This document shows, in pieces, positions 1 to 8,942 of a stretch of 32,000 nt of DNA. The translations under genes and the position numbers were made by a program. This stretch comes from Nitrososphaeraceae archaeon (GTDB taxonomy: Archaea > Thermoproteota > Nitrososphaeria > Nitrososphaerales > Nitrososphaeraceae): assembly GCA_036555705.1 (NCBI GenBank), contig DATBKT010000014.1:2040-34039 (forward strand), written 5' to 3'. The notes under the pieces were generated by a model. The model was not told the origin of the DNA and searched no databases. It was given only the letters and a program-made list of their open reading frames with translations. How positions within the stretch are numbered: the first letter of the stretch is position 1; every line of letters starts with the position of its first letter.

Positions 1-2
1 CA

Positions 3-518
3 CTATCCTGGCGCGATTGTAAATAATCCACTATCCTTGAATTTTTTGAATGCCTCAAATTCGTAATTGGATGAGTCAGACAACAATTTAGTAGACAACT
101 TATTCTCAGTAGCATTATTGGTAGCTAAATAACTTCGGTAATGATTATTGCTTTGAAGCTGTGATTCAAGACTCTTGATATATAGATCCGTTGCATTTTG
201 GAGTTGTTTTGGAGGCTGCAGCGCTTTTGCTTCGTTTATTAAACTTTGAAATTTCGGTTTAAAGCTATCGGTTATTGCTATTTTCGTCTTATTATCTACT
301 TGTCCTTTTCCTGATTTACCAGTCTCATTGGTGTAACTCAGACTCACGTCATGGGCCTTCTTTACCAAACTTGCGATTGAGTTAGCAAAAGATGTATTAT
401 CTTGAGCATATGTTGTTAGGGTAGGATTTGAAAATGGAGTGGCAAAAGCCAGAGTGACAAGCAATAAAGACAATCCTATTCCTAACAAGCGTACATTATC
501 TTTAATCATTGTGTTCAT
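3..518 (-). CDS. Exported hypothetical protein (N-terminal signal peptide or membrane anchor)
   Basis: Complete 171-aa ORF with ATG at 518 and TAG at 3-5. The N-terminus MNTMIKDNVRLLGIGLSLLLVTLAFA has the charged-then-hydrophobic signal layout. The rest is polar, Asn/Ser/Lys-rich, with no family motif I recognise. Confidence 0.5.
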   Translation of the reverse strand: MNTMIKDNVRLLGIGLSLLLVTLAFATPFSNPTLTTYAQDNTSFANSIASLVKKAHDVSLSYTNETGKSGKGQVDNKTKIAITDSFKPKFQSLINEAKALQPPKQLQNATDLYIKSLESQLQSNNHYRSYLATNNATENKLSTKLLSDSSNYEFEAFKKFKDSGLFTIAPG

Positions 519-589
519 TCTATCCTATTAAGAAATTGTTATACGGATTTCTGACATTATAGCAGACAACTAAGGTTAATGTAGGCTAT

Positions 590-1027
590 TTAGTGTGTCA
601 CTACTACTGGTTCGGACATTGTTGCTTTAGCGCTTCCGATTTCTGATAATGTACTTTTTATAAAATCCCAGAATTTTTTCTCGAATGAATGGGCTCTATA
701 AGTTGATACTGCGGCAGCAGGAATTGCAGCGACTCCAGCAGTCAAAACGCCTGCAATTGCTGTTGGAACGATAATGTCTTTACCCCAAGCACCTGTTCGT
801 AAGACCAAGTCATAGTTACCTTGAGTGCCACTTATCATTACCTCAACATCGCGCACATTTCCAATGACAACACTGCTAAGAGTACCTTTATGTGCCTTTA
901 TATCCCAATAGTTATCTTCTTTTCCTTCATGAATAATGTCCAATTTTAAATCTTTGAGATATTTCTTAATTTGATCATATAGTTGAGAAACGTCGACTTC
1001 TTGTAGAGTTACATGTTCTTGTCTCAT
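590..1027 (-). CDS. Hypothetical protein with a C-terminal Gly/Ala-rich hydrophobic segment
   Basis: The maximal ORF is 590..1096. Its first 23 codons (MMKFSAKPRKTNSLYISFCFHQL) look like read-through, so the ATG at 1025-1027 (MRQEHVTLQEV...) is the more plausible start. IIVPTAIAGVLTAGVAAIPAAAV looks like a TM or amphipathic helix. No family recognised. Confidence 0.4.
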   Translation of the reverse strand: MRQEHVTLQEVDVSQLYDQIKKYLKDLKLDIIHEGKEDNYWDIKAHKGTLSSVVIGNVRDVEVMISGTQGNYDLVLRTGAWGKDIIVPTAIAGVLTAGVAAIPAAAVSTYRAHSFEKKFWDFIKSTLSEIGSAKATMSEPVVVTH

Positions 1028-1845
1028 TAATTGATGAAAACAAAAGGAAATATATAAAGAATTAGTTTTCCGAGGCTTTGCAGAAAACTTCATCAATATT
1101 ACGAGAAAGTTAGTCTATGCATGTTATAGGTTCTGCATTTGAATGATAATTCCATGTTCCGTGTTATAACTAATCTAGCATTAGATGCTTTCCGAAAATC
1201 TCTTTATGGCTGAGACTATAGTTTCACCTTTGTTTCATTGGTTGTACAGTAATATGGAGTAGCCAGATACTGTTGCTGATATAGTAATGTGACCAGCACA
1301 GGTGGTAGCTGAGGCGCCTTGGCTAGATGCTGGCAGCACTACTAGCACCATAATTTCTATATATAGTAAAACAATAGTCCGATCTCAATTGATCATGCTA
1401 GGCAAAAAGATCTCGGTGGGCCCTATCAATATATGAATACGGCTGTTTTGAGCGAATGAATAATACACTTCCCTATGTATTAATATTATAAATTTGTGTT
1501 ACTTACCCACTGTACCATAAAGTGTTAATATCCACAATCTGTCATATCAAATAGTATCAAAATAGAGGATAAATATTAAGACGAATAAGATACAATAGAC
1601 TACAATACAAGACACCAATGCCATAACCAAAAATCAGCACATGTCGGGTTGCTTTGCTAGACTGGTTGATTCAACCACAAAAAGCCTGGCAAACAGCCTT
1701 ATTTAATATTATATTTGGCGGTCTGCTAATGTGAAGAATCTCACATTATAAATATTATCTTAAAACTAGACATCGAAGTATAGAGTCTGTAGTTCTGTGT
1801 TTCATACTTGTTATTCTTTTTATAGTTTCTTGTAAAAAAAGTCCT

Positions 1846-2130
1846 TCAACGCTTTTCATTTTGCTGTTGCTCCCAAGATTTTGTAAAGACATCAAGCCAC
1901 TTCTGATTCATTCTCTGAATATTCTCAAATTGCTGTTCATATGATCTGTTCATTTTTTCGTAATTTATAATGGACTGATTATAAAGATCATTTACCCTCT
2001 CAATGCCCCTAATAGATTCATTATACAAGTAGTTTATCCGTTCTAGGTTTGTAATATAGTCCCGCTGTAGTTGGTTTACCTTCTCAAGGTTTTTGATAAA
2101 TTCATTATACATTTCAAACCATGTCATCAT
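1846..2130 (-). CDS. Small coiled-coil repeat protein, unknown function
   Basis: 94-aa ORF with an internal repeated motif: (E/I)R(I/V)N-x-LYN-x-SI occurs twice (NLERINYLYNESI / GIERVNDLYNQSI), plus a related KMNRSYEQQ / IQRMNQKW periodicity. Heptad-like and highly charged. Confidence 0.5.
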   Translation of the reverse strand: MMTWFEMYNEFIKNLEKVNQLQRDYITNLERINYLYNESIRGIERVNDLYNQSIINYEKMNRSYEQQFENIQRMNQKWLDVFTKSWEQQQNEKR

Positions 2131-2960
2131 TTGAGAATAATGTCGATGGTTATACTTATCAATTAGGCTACTTTAACCCGATGTCCCGGTTATATCAAGA
2201 ATGAAATGCAACATTTTCGGATCCAGGCCAACCAACCTATTATATGTCATCTCATGCCTTTATGCAACGATTTTTTGAGCAGTGAATTGCTCAATATACG
2301 TCATTATGCAAAATGCTTTCGGAGTAACATTTGTCATGAAAGAGATGAAAAGCACCTTAATGGCTGACTTGCTATTTGTCAATGGTCTATTCATATTCCT
2401 TGTTCGTAAAAGAACAAAATCAGGAACAGGGTACAATATCAAGTTAATTGGACAGCCGACCAACTACTCTAAAAATTGGTGCCGCCACAATCGGATTATC
2501 GTTTGCAGTATTTCAATTCTGATTGTAATGGTATTCATTTATGACAAGATATGATTCACCAACTTCTCTGGTAATAAGTACTAGTACAAGTAATGGTGCT
2601 CATTGTCTTGATCCTCACGCGATTAAGGATATCAACTTTGTCAAAGTCTCCAGTTATAAGATCGTTCAAGAATTGAGACCCACTGGAGCGATTGAATTCA
2701 TTCATGCTTATTGTCTCGGTACGAGTCTAGAATTTAAAAAGATAGATATGTGACCGTTTTAAATCAAGCCAGCTTTTAATTAGTGTTCACATTTTACCCT
2801 TGTCAAGGAAACAATAGCAGCATGTTTATCAATACGGACTAGCTAGGAGTAACTCATATTATGCAGTCACAGGCCCCAGACTCAAACGAAACTCCAAAGG
2901 CCGAATCTGTCCTGAGAATTATAGAAGTCAACAATAGAAAACATAGCAGGAGATCTCGAT

Positions 2961-4232
2961 ATGAGTAGTGGCGCAGAAGAATCGACATCGAAAGGCGGCT
3001 ATTATCGACTAATGCTCTATGCGGGGTTATTCGGTGGTCTTTTCTCTCTTATAACTACTGGATACATCACACTCGTTAATCAGGGTATCAAGTTCTTTGG
3101 GCAGCATAGCGTATACCTATTTAACATTAACTTTTGGCCGCTAATCCTGTTGGGTGTATCAGGTGTATTCATTGGTCTTGTAATCAAATTCTTAGGGGAG
3201 CATGGAGGACCAGGAATTGCTCAAATCCAATACGCGCAGACCGGTGGCATCAACTACCGTAACCTCCCAAGTATACTTTTTCAAGGATTTATAGCATTAT
3301 GGAGTGGTGCAGCAGTGGGTCCGGAGGGAACGCTTGTTTTTCTTACTGGTGGATTAGGTACCTTTATTTCTGAACGGCTGAAGCTCCAGAAAGACGATAT
3401 CCAGGTACTAGTGTACAGTGCCATAGCAGGTGCATTTGGTGGTTTCTTTGGATCTCCGATAGTTGGAGCAGTTGGTGCAGTCGAGTACATGTTGATCAAG
3501 GAGCTCAATTGGTATCGTCACTTGATCCCAGGACTCATTGCAGGAGCAGTGGGTTATGGTGTCTACTTTGCGATTTTGCATACGTCATATTTAGGTGTAT
3601 ACGACTTCCCTAACTTCGCAACTTTTCGTGTAGTTGATCTGGTCTGGGCATTGCTGGTGGGAGTTATTGCAGGGGCTATTGGGATTTTGCATAAGCTGAT
3701 ATTTGGTATTATGCATCGGGTCTTTGGCCGATTTAATAAGAGACCTGTCATCCGTCCTATCATAGGTGGCTTAATTATCGGCTTGATTGGTTCATTTCTT
3801 CCACTGACACTTTACTCTGGCCAGAGCCAGTTACTACAAATTGTTCATAATCCGGCTTCATTTGGTATAGGGATACTATTGCTGATGATGTTGGTCAAGA
3901 TGTTACTCACAGGTACATCGTTTGGTACAGGCTTTGTAGGTGGTCCTATCTTTCCGATACTATTTATAGGTGGTACGCTAGGACAGGTTCTATCAGAAGT
4001 TCTAACATTCATTCCGCAAGGCGTGGGTGTACTCGCAGGTATGGCAGCTGCTACGTGTGCTTTCCTCCCAATTCCTCTAACAATAGCCCTCTTACTGGGG
4101 ATCTTTGGAGGACAAATTGACCTTATCCCAGTCATTGTCATAGGAGCAGTGACTGGTTTCATGGTGTCCAAGGCACTCACTCCACTGCTTCCCAAACCTC
4201 GCCCACAGCCGATAGATAAGCCTTCTCGATAG
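2961..4232 (+). CDS. ClC-family anion channel/antiporter (short prokaryotic type, no CBS domains)
   Basis: 423 aa, about 10-12 hydrophobic helices. ClC signature blocks are recognisable: GGPGIAQ (GSGIPE position), GPEGTLVF (GKEGP block with the gating Glu retained) and GGPIFPILFIGGTLG (GxFxP block). Confidence 0.85.
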   Translation: MSSGAEESTSKGGYYRLMLYAGLFGGLFSLITTGYITLVNQGIKFFGQHSVYLFNINFWPLILLGVSGVFIGLVIKFLGEHGGPGIAQIQYAQTGGINYRNLPSILFQGFIALWSGAAVGPEGTLVFLTGGLGTFISERLKLQKDDIQVLVYSAIAGAFGGFFGSPIVGAVGAVEYMLIKELNWYRHLIPGLIAGAVGYGVYFAILHTSYLGVYDFPNFATFRVVDLVWALLVGVIAGAIGILHKLIFGIMHRVFGRFNKRPVIRPIIGGLIIGLIGSFLPLTLYSGQSQLLQIVHNPASFGIGILLLMMLVKMLLTGTSFGTGFVGGPIFPILFIGGTLGQVLSEVLTFIPQGVGVLAGMAAATCAFLPIPLTIALLLGIFGGQIDLIPVIVIGAVTGFMVSKALTPLLPKPRPQPIDKPSR

Positions 4233-4639
4233 GTGACATCTAATCATTATTGTTATTGCTGCTGATCAAATCTTTGTTGCTGCTTTCGTCCTCCTGATTG
4301 CCTTTCTTAATTTGTTTATTTGTATATAGTATTGCGGCAATTGTCGCAGCAAAGTAGGGCACGAATATCAATAATGCTGCTTCAGGTGGGGCCTCGGGCG
4401 GTAGTGATATATCTATGACTTGGTCACCAAATATAGTATATTATAACTTGCATTTTTCCTTTTTGGTCTTGCTTGCGGATACAATACATAATTATTACAG
4501 CGATTAATAATCGAAAATCTACTTAGTTGCAAGCAAAAACGTAGAAGTTATGACAACTTTGACCATGTATAATTGTAGATGTGTATAAATATTCCAATTT
4601 AATGTGCTTCAATATCTAAAACGAGTAAAGTTTTAGCTC

Positions 4640-5404
4640 CTACTTTTCCAAGATGTTCTCTTTTCCTTCTATAATCAGATTGTATCGAATATATATTCTT
4701 CTATTAATACCTGTTAACAAGCTGAGAGAGATTACTAACAAGAAATCAAATGCTATGGTCGCAAGCATTACTGTTGACTCATCAGCTGGGATCAATCCTC
4801 TTGGATTTGATGAGAACAAGCTGCCAATAAACAAAAGAGATATTATTATGCGTGATGCTGTTCCTACCACATATGTAAAATGAATGTGAGTTCCACCCTT
4901 TACATAAATGGAACCAGACTTGGATTCCTTCCAGAACGATATGAGCCGATTTGAATGTAGATATGAATACTGCTGTAGTCCTAAAAACAAAACTAGATAG
5001 GGAATAAGATATAATATTGGAACTCCAACATCATAAAATGAATCAAAGATAACAATAGAACCTAATATTGAAAAGAAAATAGTTTCGACTTTAAGCTTTC
5101 GCTTTGTTATTTTCCTCCCATATTTAGCCCACTTGAGTCTGGTAAGAATTAGAATAGCGATAACGATACTATAAAGTATAATTTTACCTATGTTGAGCCC
5201 ATATGGGGTTGTCGATTCTTGTACGTCTGACAGATGAAGCTTTGGATAAAGACTATTAACGGTATATGCGTGTGTAATTTGTGTTGTCGAGAGTCCAGCA
5301 AAAATAGCAACTATAGTAAATAAGAGTATCGACACACAATCTTTGCCATAGTCGCCATATCGCTTTGTTATTGTTTTATTGCACCATAGATAGACCAATA
5401 TCAT
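4640..5404 (-). CDS. Polytopic membrane protein, unknown function
   Basis: 254-aa ORF with about 6-7 hydrophobic segments separated by short basic loops (for example RLKWAKYGRKITKRKLK). No family motif recognised and the start is uncertain. Confidence 0.5.
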   Translation of the reverse strand: MILVYLWCNKTITKRYGDYGKDCVSILLFTIVAIFAGLSTTQITHAYTVNSLYPKLHLSDVQESTTPYGLNIGKIILYSIVIAILILTRLKWAKYGRKITKRKLKVETIFFSILGSIVIFDSFYDVGVPILYLIPYLVLFLGLQQYSYLHSNRLISFWKESKSGSIYVKGGTHIHFTYVVGTASRIIISLLFIGSLFSSNPRGLIPADESTVMLATIAFDFLLVISLSLLTGINRRIYIRYNLIIEGKENILEK

Positions 5405-5917
5405 CCAATTTTAGATTTTCTGCTACTTTATATTATACTGCGGACACAAGGATTGACAACATTAACCCATCTTTTCCTCCACATTGCCTAGTCTATTACA
5501 TTATATTATGATAAAAATGGCTGCAGACAGATTCACCTACTAACACTACTAATATTCACGAGAGAATGTATGCCTCAAATCTGTCATTCTTACGGCGTAT
5601 GTTCGCTTGGCCTCACGATTTTACAAACTTCTCTAGATATTCATGGTAACCTGTTCGATCGATTTAGATTAAATCTGACAACTTTAGAATTAAACATTAC
5701 GTTCGACTTCTAAGAGAATGATGCTTCACCTGAATATGCCTATCCTTATTCATGTCGTGTTACTAGTTTTCAATTTCGGAATTAGTATGAATAAACAACT
5801 ATTGACTACATCTATAGGAATACGTTTCTAGCTTAGAGGCATTACCCTCTAGAGTATTCTCCATATGACAATTACAATTAGAACAAGACTTATTACCGTC
5901 AATACACTTAGGCGACC

Positions 5918-6685
5918 ATGAAAAGGAAAAGAGGAGATATTTTAATTGGCATACTTAGTTTGGTGGATATAGTTCTGCTAATAAATATGGTTCAGTTTTC
6001 ACCAAAAGGTGCGGCAAGCATTGCCATTTATTCTTTTGACTTGTTGGTCGTCGCTCTTATCATATTCAGCTTCTGTCGAAGGATGAAAGAATCCAATCAG
6101 CGGAAGATATTCTTGTTACGGAATTGGTATGAGGTACCTGGAATGATACCAATTATCTTTTTTGTCTTAGCTGGTCAAGGCTCTACAATACCTGATGGAT
6201 TCATAACAATGGGTGTAATGCTACGAGTCTTAGCGATAATTTATCTTGTAAAGCTATCACGTTCTTTGGAAGAAAAATCAAGAGTTCTAGGAGGACATAC
6301 CTTACTGCAAATATTTATAGGCTTTTTCTTGGTTCTAACCATATCAGCTTTTCTATTTTATTCTGCAGAACATACCCTACCCAATTCTGAAATAACGAGC
6401 ATGGGTGATGCCCTCTGGTGGACGATCCAAACTGCGTCAACCTCCACATTTGGACCTAATCCAACCACATTTGCAGCAAGAGTAGTAGGAAGCATTATCA
6501 TGCTTGTTGGTATTGGAATTACTAGCTCATTTATCTCCACACTTGCTGCTGGATTGACGAGATCAAGGATGAAGGGCAATACTTCAAACGAAAACGACCC
6601 AAAACAAATACTAAGGATTCGACTGGCAAAGGGAGAGATCACTAAAGAAATTTTTCTTGACCTACAAAAATTGCTATCACAGTAA
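5918..6685 (+). CDS. 6TM voltage-gated-like cation channel homologue (Ion_trans type) with a non-canonical pore filter and C-terminal SHOCT-like domain
   Basis: Six hydrophobic helices. Helix 4 (MLRVLAIIYLVKLSRSL) carries spaced basic residues. The pore-helix/filter block is GDALWWTIQTASTSTFGPNP, where K+ channels have ..WW..vTlTTVGYGD. The C-terminal ILRIRLAKGEITKEIFLDLQKLLSQ matches the SHOCT short C-terminal domain pattern. Confidence 0.75.
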   Translation: MKRKRGDILIGILSLVDIVLLINMVQFSPKGAASIAIYSFDLLVVALIIFSFCRRMKESNQRKIFLLRNWYEVPGMIPIIFFVLAGQGSTIPDGFITMGVMLRVLAIIYLVKLSRSLEEKSRVLGGHTLLQIFIGFFLVLTISAFLFYSAEHTLPNSEITSMGDALWWTIQTASTSTFGPNPTTFAARVVGSIIMLVGIGITSSFISTLAAGLTRSRMKGNTSNENDPKQILRIRLAKGEITKEIFLDLQKLLSQ

Positions 6686-7109
6686 CAGTAGTTTATATGG
6701 TATCAAAACGAATGGATATTCCATTTATGCTATTCTTCAAGGATACTAGATTTGGGTAAAACAAGATATAGCCTGAATAAAAGTACATATTTCAAAGTAA
6801 TGTCTATCAATATCATAAAATTGAATTATGATTCCATTTTAGAGCAGCTTCCACTTTGAACATATTTTGTCGGGTTCAAAGCAACACACCATCATAGATA
6901 ATCTTCCAAAACAATCATTGTCATTATTCTTATCGCTTACTTTGCTTCCTCGATATAATCGAGACTGATATAAAATGTATGCAAACTATGCAAAAGATGA
7001 TACATAAAAAAACGTTTGTATTATAAAGCAGGGTTTGACATTGGTGATCTTCACTATTCCTCTAGGCGTAACCGGAAACATATATCTGTCATATATAGCA
7101 TAGAATGTC

Positions 7110-7463
7110 ATGTCCAAAGCTAATCTTCGCCACAGACTTGCTAGTGCTTATGAGATCACACTCAGCGTTAAAGGCAGAAAGTCAGGCAAGGATATTGCTA
7201 GACCGGTATGGTTTTCGTACGAAGGTAACACTCTATATTTGCTACCTGTACAGGGTTCTGACACTAATTGGTACAAGAACCTGCTAGCCAATCCATCACT
7301 AAAGATTTCTATTGATGACGTTGAAACACTCACAAGAGGCAGAATACTAAAAGAGATTCACATGGTCGATGAAATAGTCAGAAAATTCAGATCTAAGTAT
7401 GGTGAAGGAGATATGAAGAAGTATTATACAAAATTTGATGTAGCCGTTGAAGTAGTACTCTGA
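7110..7463 (+). CDS. Deazaflavin (F420)-dependent nitroreductase / PNPOx-like split-barrel family protein
   Basis: 117 aa. The pattern GRKSGKDIARPVWFSYEGNTLYLLPVQGSDTNWYKNLLANPSLKISI is typical of the DUF385/Ddn-like family (GRKSG..r..PV...., dWYrNLlAnP.v.v). Confidence 0.7.
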   Translation: MSKANLRHRLASAYEITLSVKGRKSGKDIARPVWFSYEGNTLYLLPVQGSDTNWYKNLLANPSLKISIDDVETLTRGRILKEIHMVDEIVRKFRSKYGEGDMKKYYTKFDVAVEVVL

Positions 7464-7496
7464 AATGTTAGGTTCTATTCCATAAATGATTAGGTT

Positions 7497-8942
7497 TTAT
7501 TGATCGATAGGTGCTATTCTATAGATTGTCCCTTGGTCAAATGTTAGAACGTATAGATAGCCATCATAAGGATTTACTTTAAGATCAGTAATTCCGCCAA
7601 AGCCTTTTCCAAATTTTATTTGATCTAGATGATCGGTTCTATTTGCTACTAAATCTCTTAACGGACCAGATGGTAGCATTAGTCCTGTTCTTTGTGAATT
7701 TAGCTTAAAGTGATAAATATTTCCATTCAGATCATCTGCAACAAACATATCATTTTCATACTGACTTCCCAACTTCTTAGAATTCATGAATGTAATCCCA
7801 GTCGGAACTACTTTGTTAAACCATGTAAATTGTGGTGGATGATATTTGCCTCTTCCATTAAAATCTGCCAAGTTGTTCGGATGAAGAGGAGCAATATCAT
7901 ATTTCTCAGTCTGATCGTTACCATAGCCATGCAGCCAAATGCCATCGATCTTATTATATCCACTGTTAAAGCCTGGATTGACAAGGTTAATTTCATCGCC
8001 AAATGGTAGACCAATTTGTGTATCCCATAGAATTTTTGTTATTGGATCAAAAGCAATTCCAAAGCTATTCCAAATTCCATATGAGTAATAGAGGTCTGAT
8101 GGATAGGTATTTCCCAATATGCCAGGTGTTACTGGCTTACCATCCTGGTGAACTCGAAGAATTCCACTAGTTCCGTCAGGTTCACTCCCATTCTGAATAT
8201 TTTGTGCCTTAGTATTATGGCCATTAATGCCAACATCACCTATTGTAAGATACACATTGTCGTCAGGTCCAACAATCACCTTGCCACCATTTCCAATTGC
8301 ACCGGGAATTGCTGGAAGGTCTAACAACAGTTGTGGGTTCACTAACCTGTTGTCCACCAGTTTATACTTGTATAGTCGGTTACCTGCTGGTATTTTTCCC
8401 TCAGTAATATCATCACTAGTATGTGTCTTAGCTTGGGTATAATATAGAAAAATGGATGTAGTAGTGTTCCGACTCCCATAGCTACTAGAGGAGGTTGTGG
8501 TAGGTTGAAAAGTGGGAGAGACGGCTATGCCTAATAATCCCCTATGACCATAGGTTGCAACACTTACATCGAGCAAGGGTTGCTTTAGCACTGTACCATT
8601 CATTACTCTTCTTACCGTGCCAGCATCTTTTTCCGTGACCAGGAAATCGTTAGGGCCCAAAAAAGTCATACTGGTTGGATATCTTAATCCTCCGGATACT
8701 ACTTTTGCCATAAGATGTGGATCAATAATAATTGGGCCTCCTGGAAATGGTATCCCAACATCATGATATTTTGTGGCCAGGGCTTTTACGAGATGATAGT
8801 CGTTATTTTGACTAGGATATAGAATTTTGTTGGTTACAGAAATAGCACCGGTGCTCAATACTGTGAATATCAAAACTAAACTGACCAATAGTAATAACGA
8901 GAGTGATAATAAAGATCCAAAGAAACGTATCAAAAGAATCAT
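7497..8942 (-). CDS. Membrane-anchored soluble-glucose/sorbosone-dehydrogenase-like (PQQ-type) beta-propeller protein
   Basis: 481 aa with an N-terminal TM anchor (FFGSLLSLSLLLLVSLVLIFTVL). GSDH-family blocks are present: FLVTEKDAGTVRRV, GHRGLLGIAVSP, GGKVIVGPDDNVYLTIGDVG, SGILRVHQDGKP, YGIWNSFGIAFDP, DEINLVNPGFNSGYN. Confidence 0.75.
   Translation of the reverse strand: MILLIRFFGSLLSLSLLLLVSLVLIFTVLSTGAISVTNKILYPSQNNDYHLVKALATKYHDVGIPFPGGPIIIDPHLMAKVVSGGLRYPTSMTFLGPNDFLVTEKDAGTVRRVMNGTVLKQPLLDVSVATYGHRGLLGIAVSPTFQPTTTSSSSYGSRNTTTSIFLYYTQAKTHTSDDITEGKIPAGNRLYKYKLVDNRLVNPQLLLDLPAIPGAIGNGGKVIVGPDDNVYLTIGDVGINGHNTKAQNIQNGSEPDGTSGILRVHQDGKPVTPGILGNTYPSDLYYSYGIWNSFGIAFDPITKILWDTQIGLPFGDEINLVNPGFNSGYNKIDGIWLHGYGNDQTEKYDIAPLHPNNLADFNGRGKYHPPQFTWFNKVVPTGITFMNSKKLGSQYENDMFVADDLNGNIYHFKLNSQRTGLMLPSGPLRDLVANRTDHLDQIKFGKGFGGITDLKVNPYDGYLYVLTFDQGTIYRIAPIDQ

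Noticed and set aside
1330-1350. Sequence ending ...CTAGCACCA, suggesting a tRNA 3' end with encoded CCA
   Set aside because: I could not build a 7-bp acceptor stem, a T-arm (GTTCRANYC) or a cloverleaf around it on either strand.
2260-2753. Overlapping ORFs 2260..2463(-), 2282..2554(+) and 2541..2753(+)
   Set aside because: They are mutually overlapping on both strands with no recognisable motifs. Minus-strand frames look like short broken pieces (for example MNEFNRSSGSQFLNDLITGDFDKVDILNRV...). This may be a decayed gene, but I cannot name a family or choose a strand.
2861-2968. 35-codon upstream ORF (MQSQAPDSNETPKGESVLRIIEVNNRKHSRRSRYE) overlapping the ClC start in another frame
   Set aside because: It could be a uORF or a frameshifted N-terminal extension, but there is no supporting motif. 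The ClC ORF has its own ATG, and I saw no fluoride-riboswitch-like sequence upstream.
3281-4195. Three minus-strand ORFs (3281..3508, 3563..3763, 3845..4195) inside the ClC gene
   Set aside because: They are antisense shadows of a well-supported membrane-protein gene. Their translations are Pro/Thr/Ser/Ala-rich low-complexity sequence, typical of reverse frames of hydrophobic genes.
4290-4420. Minus-strand micro-ORF with one TM helix (..AALLIFVPYFAATIAAILYTNKQIKKGNQEDESSNKDLISSNNNND)
   Set aside because: It looks protein-like, but the open frame has no ATG. Only an internal TTG or GTG inside the helix could serve as a start, so it is too uncertain to call.
7105-7333. ORFs 7105..7287(+) and 7148..7333(-) overlapping the F420-type oxidoreductase gene
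   Set aside because: These are alternative-frame and antisense shadows of 7110..7463, which carries the family motifs.
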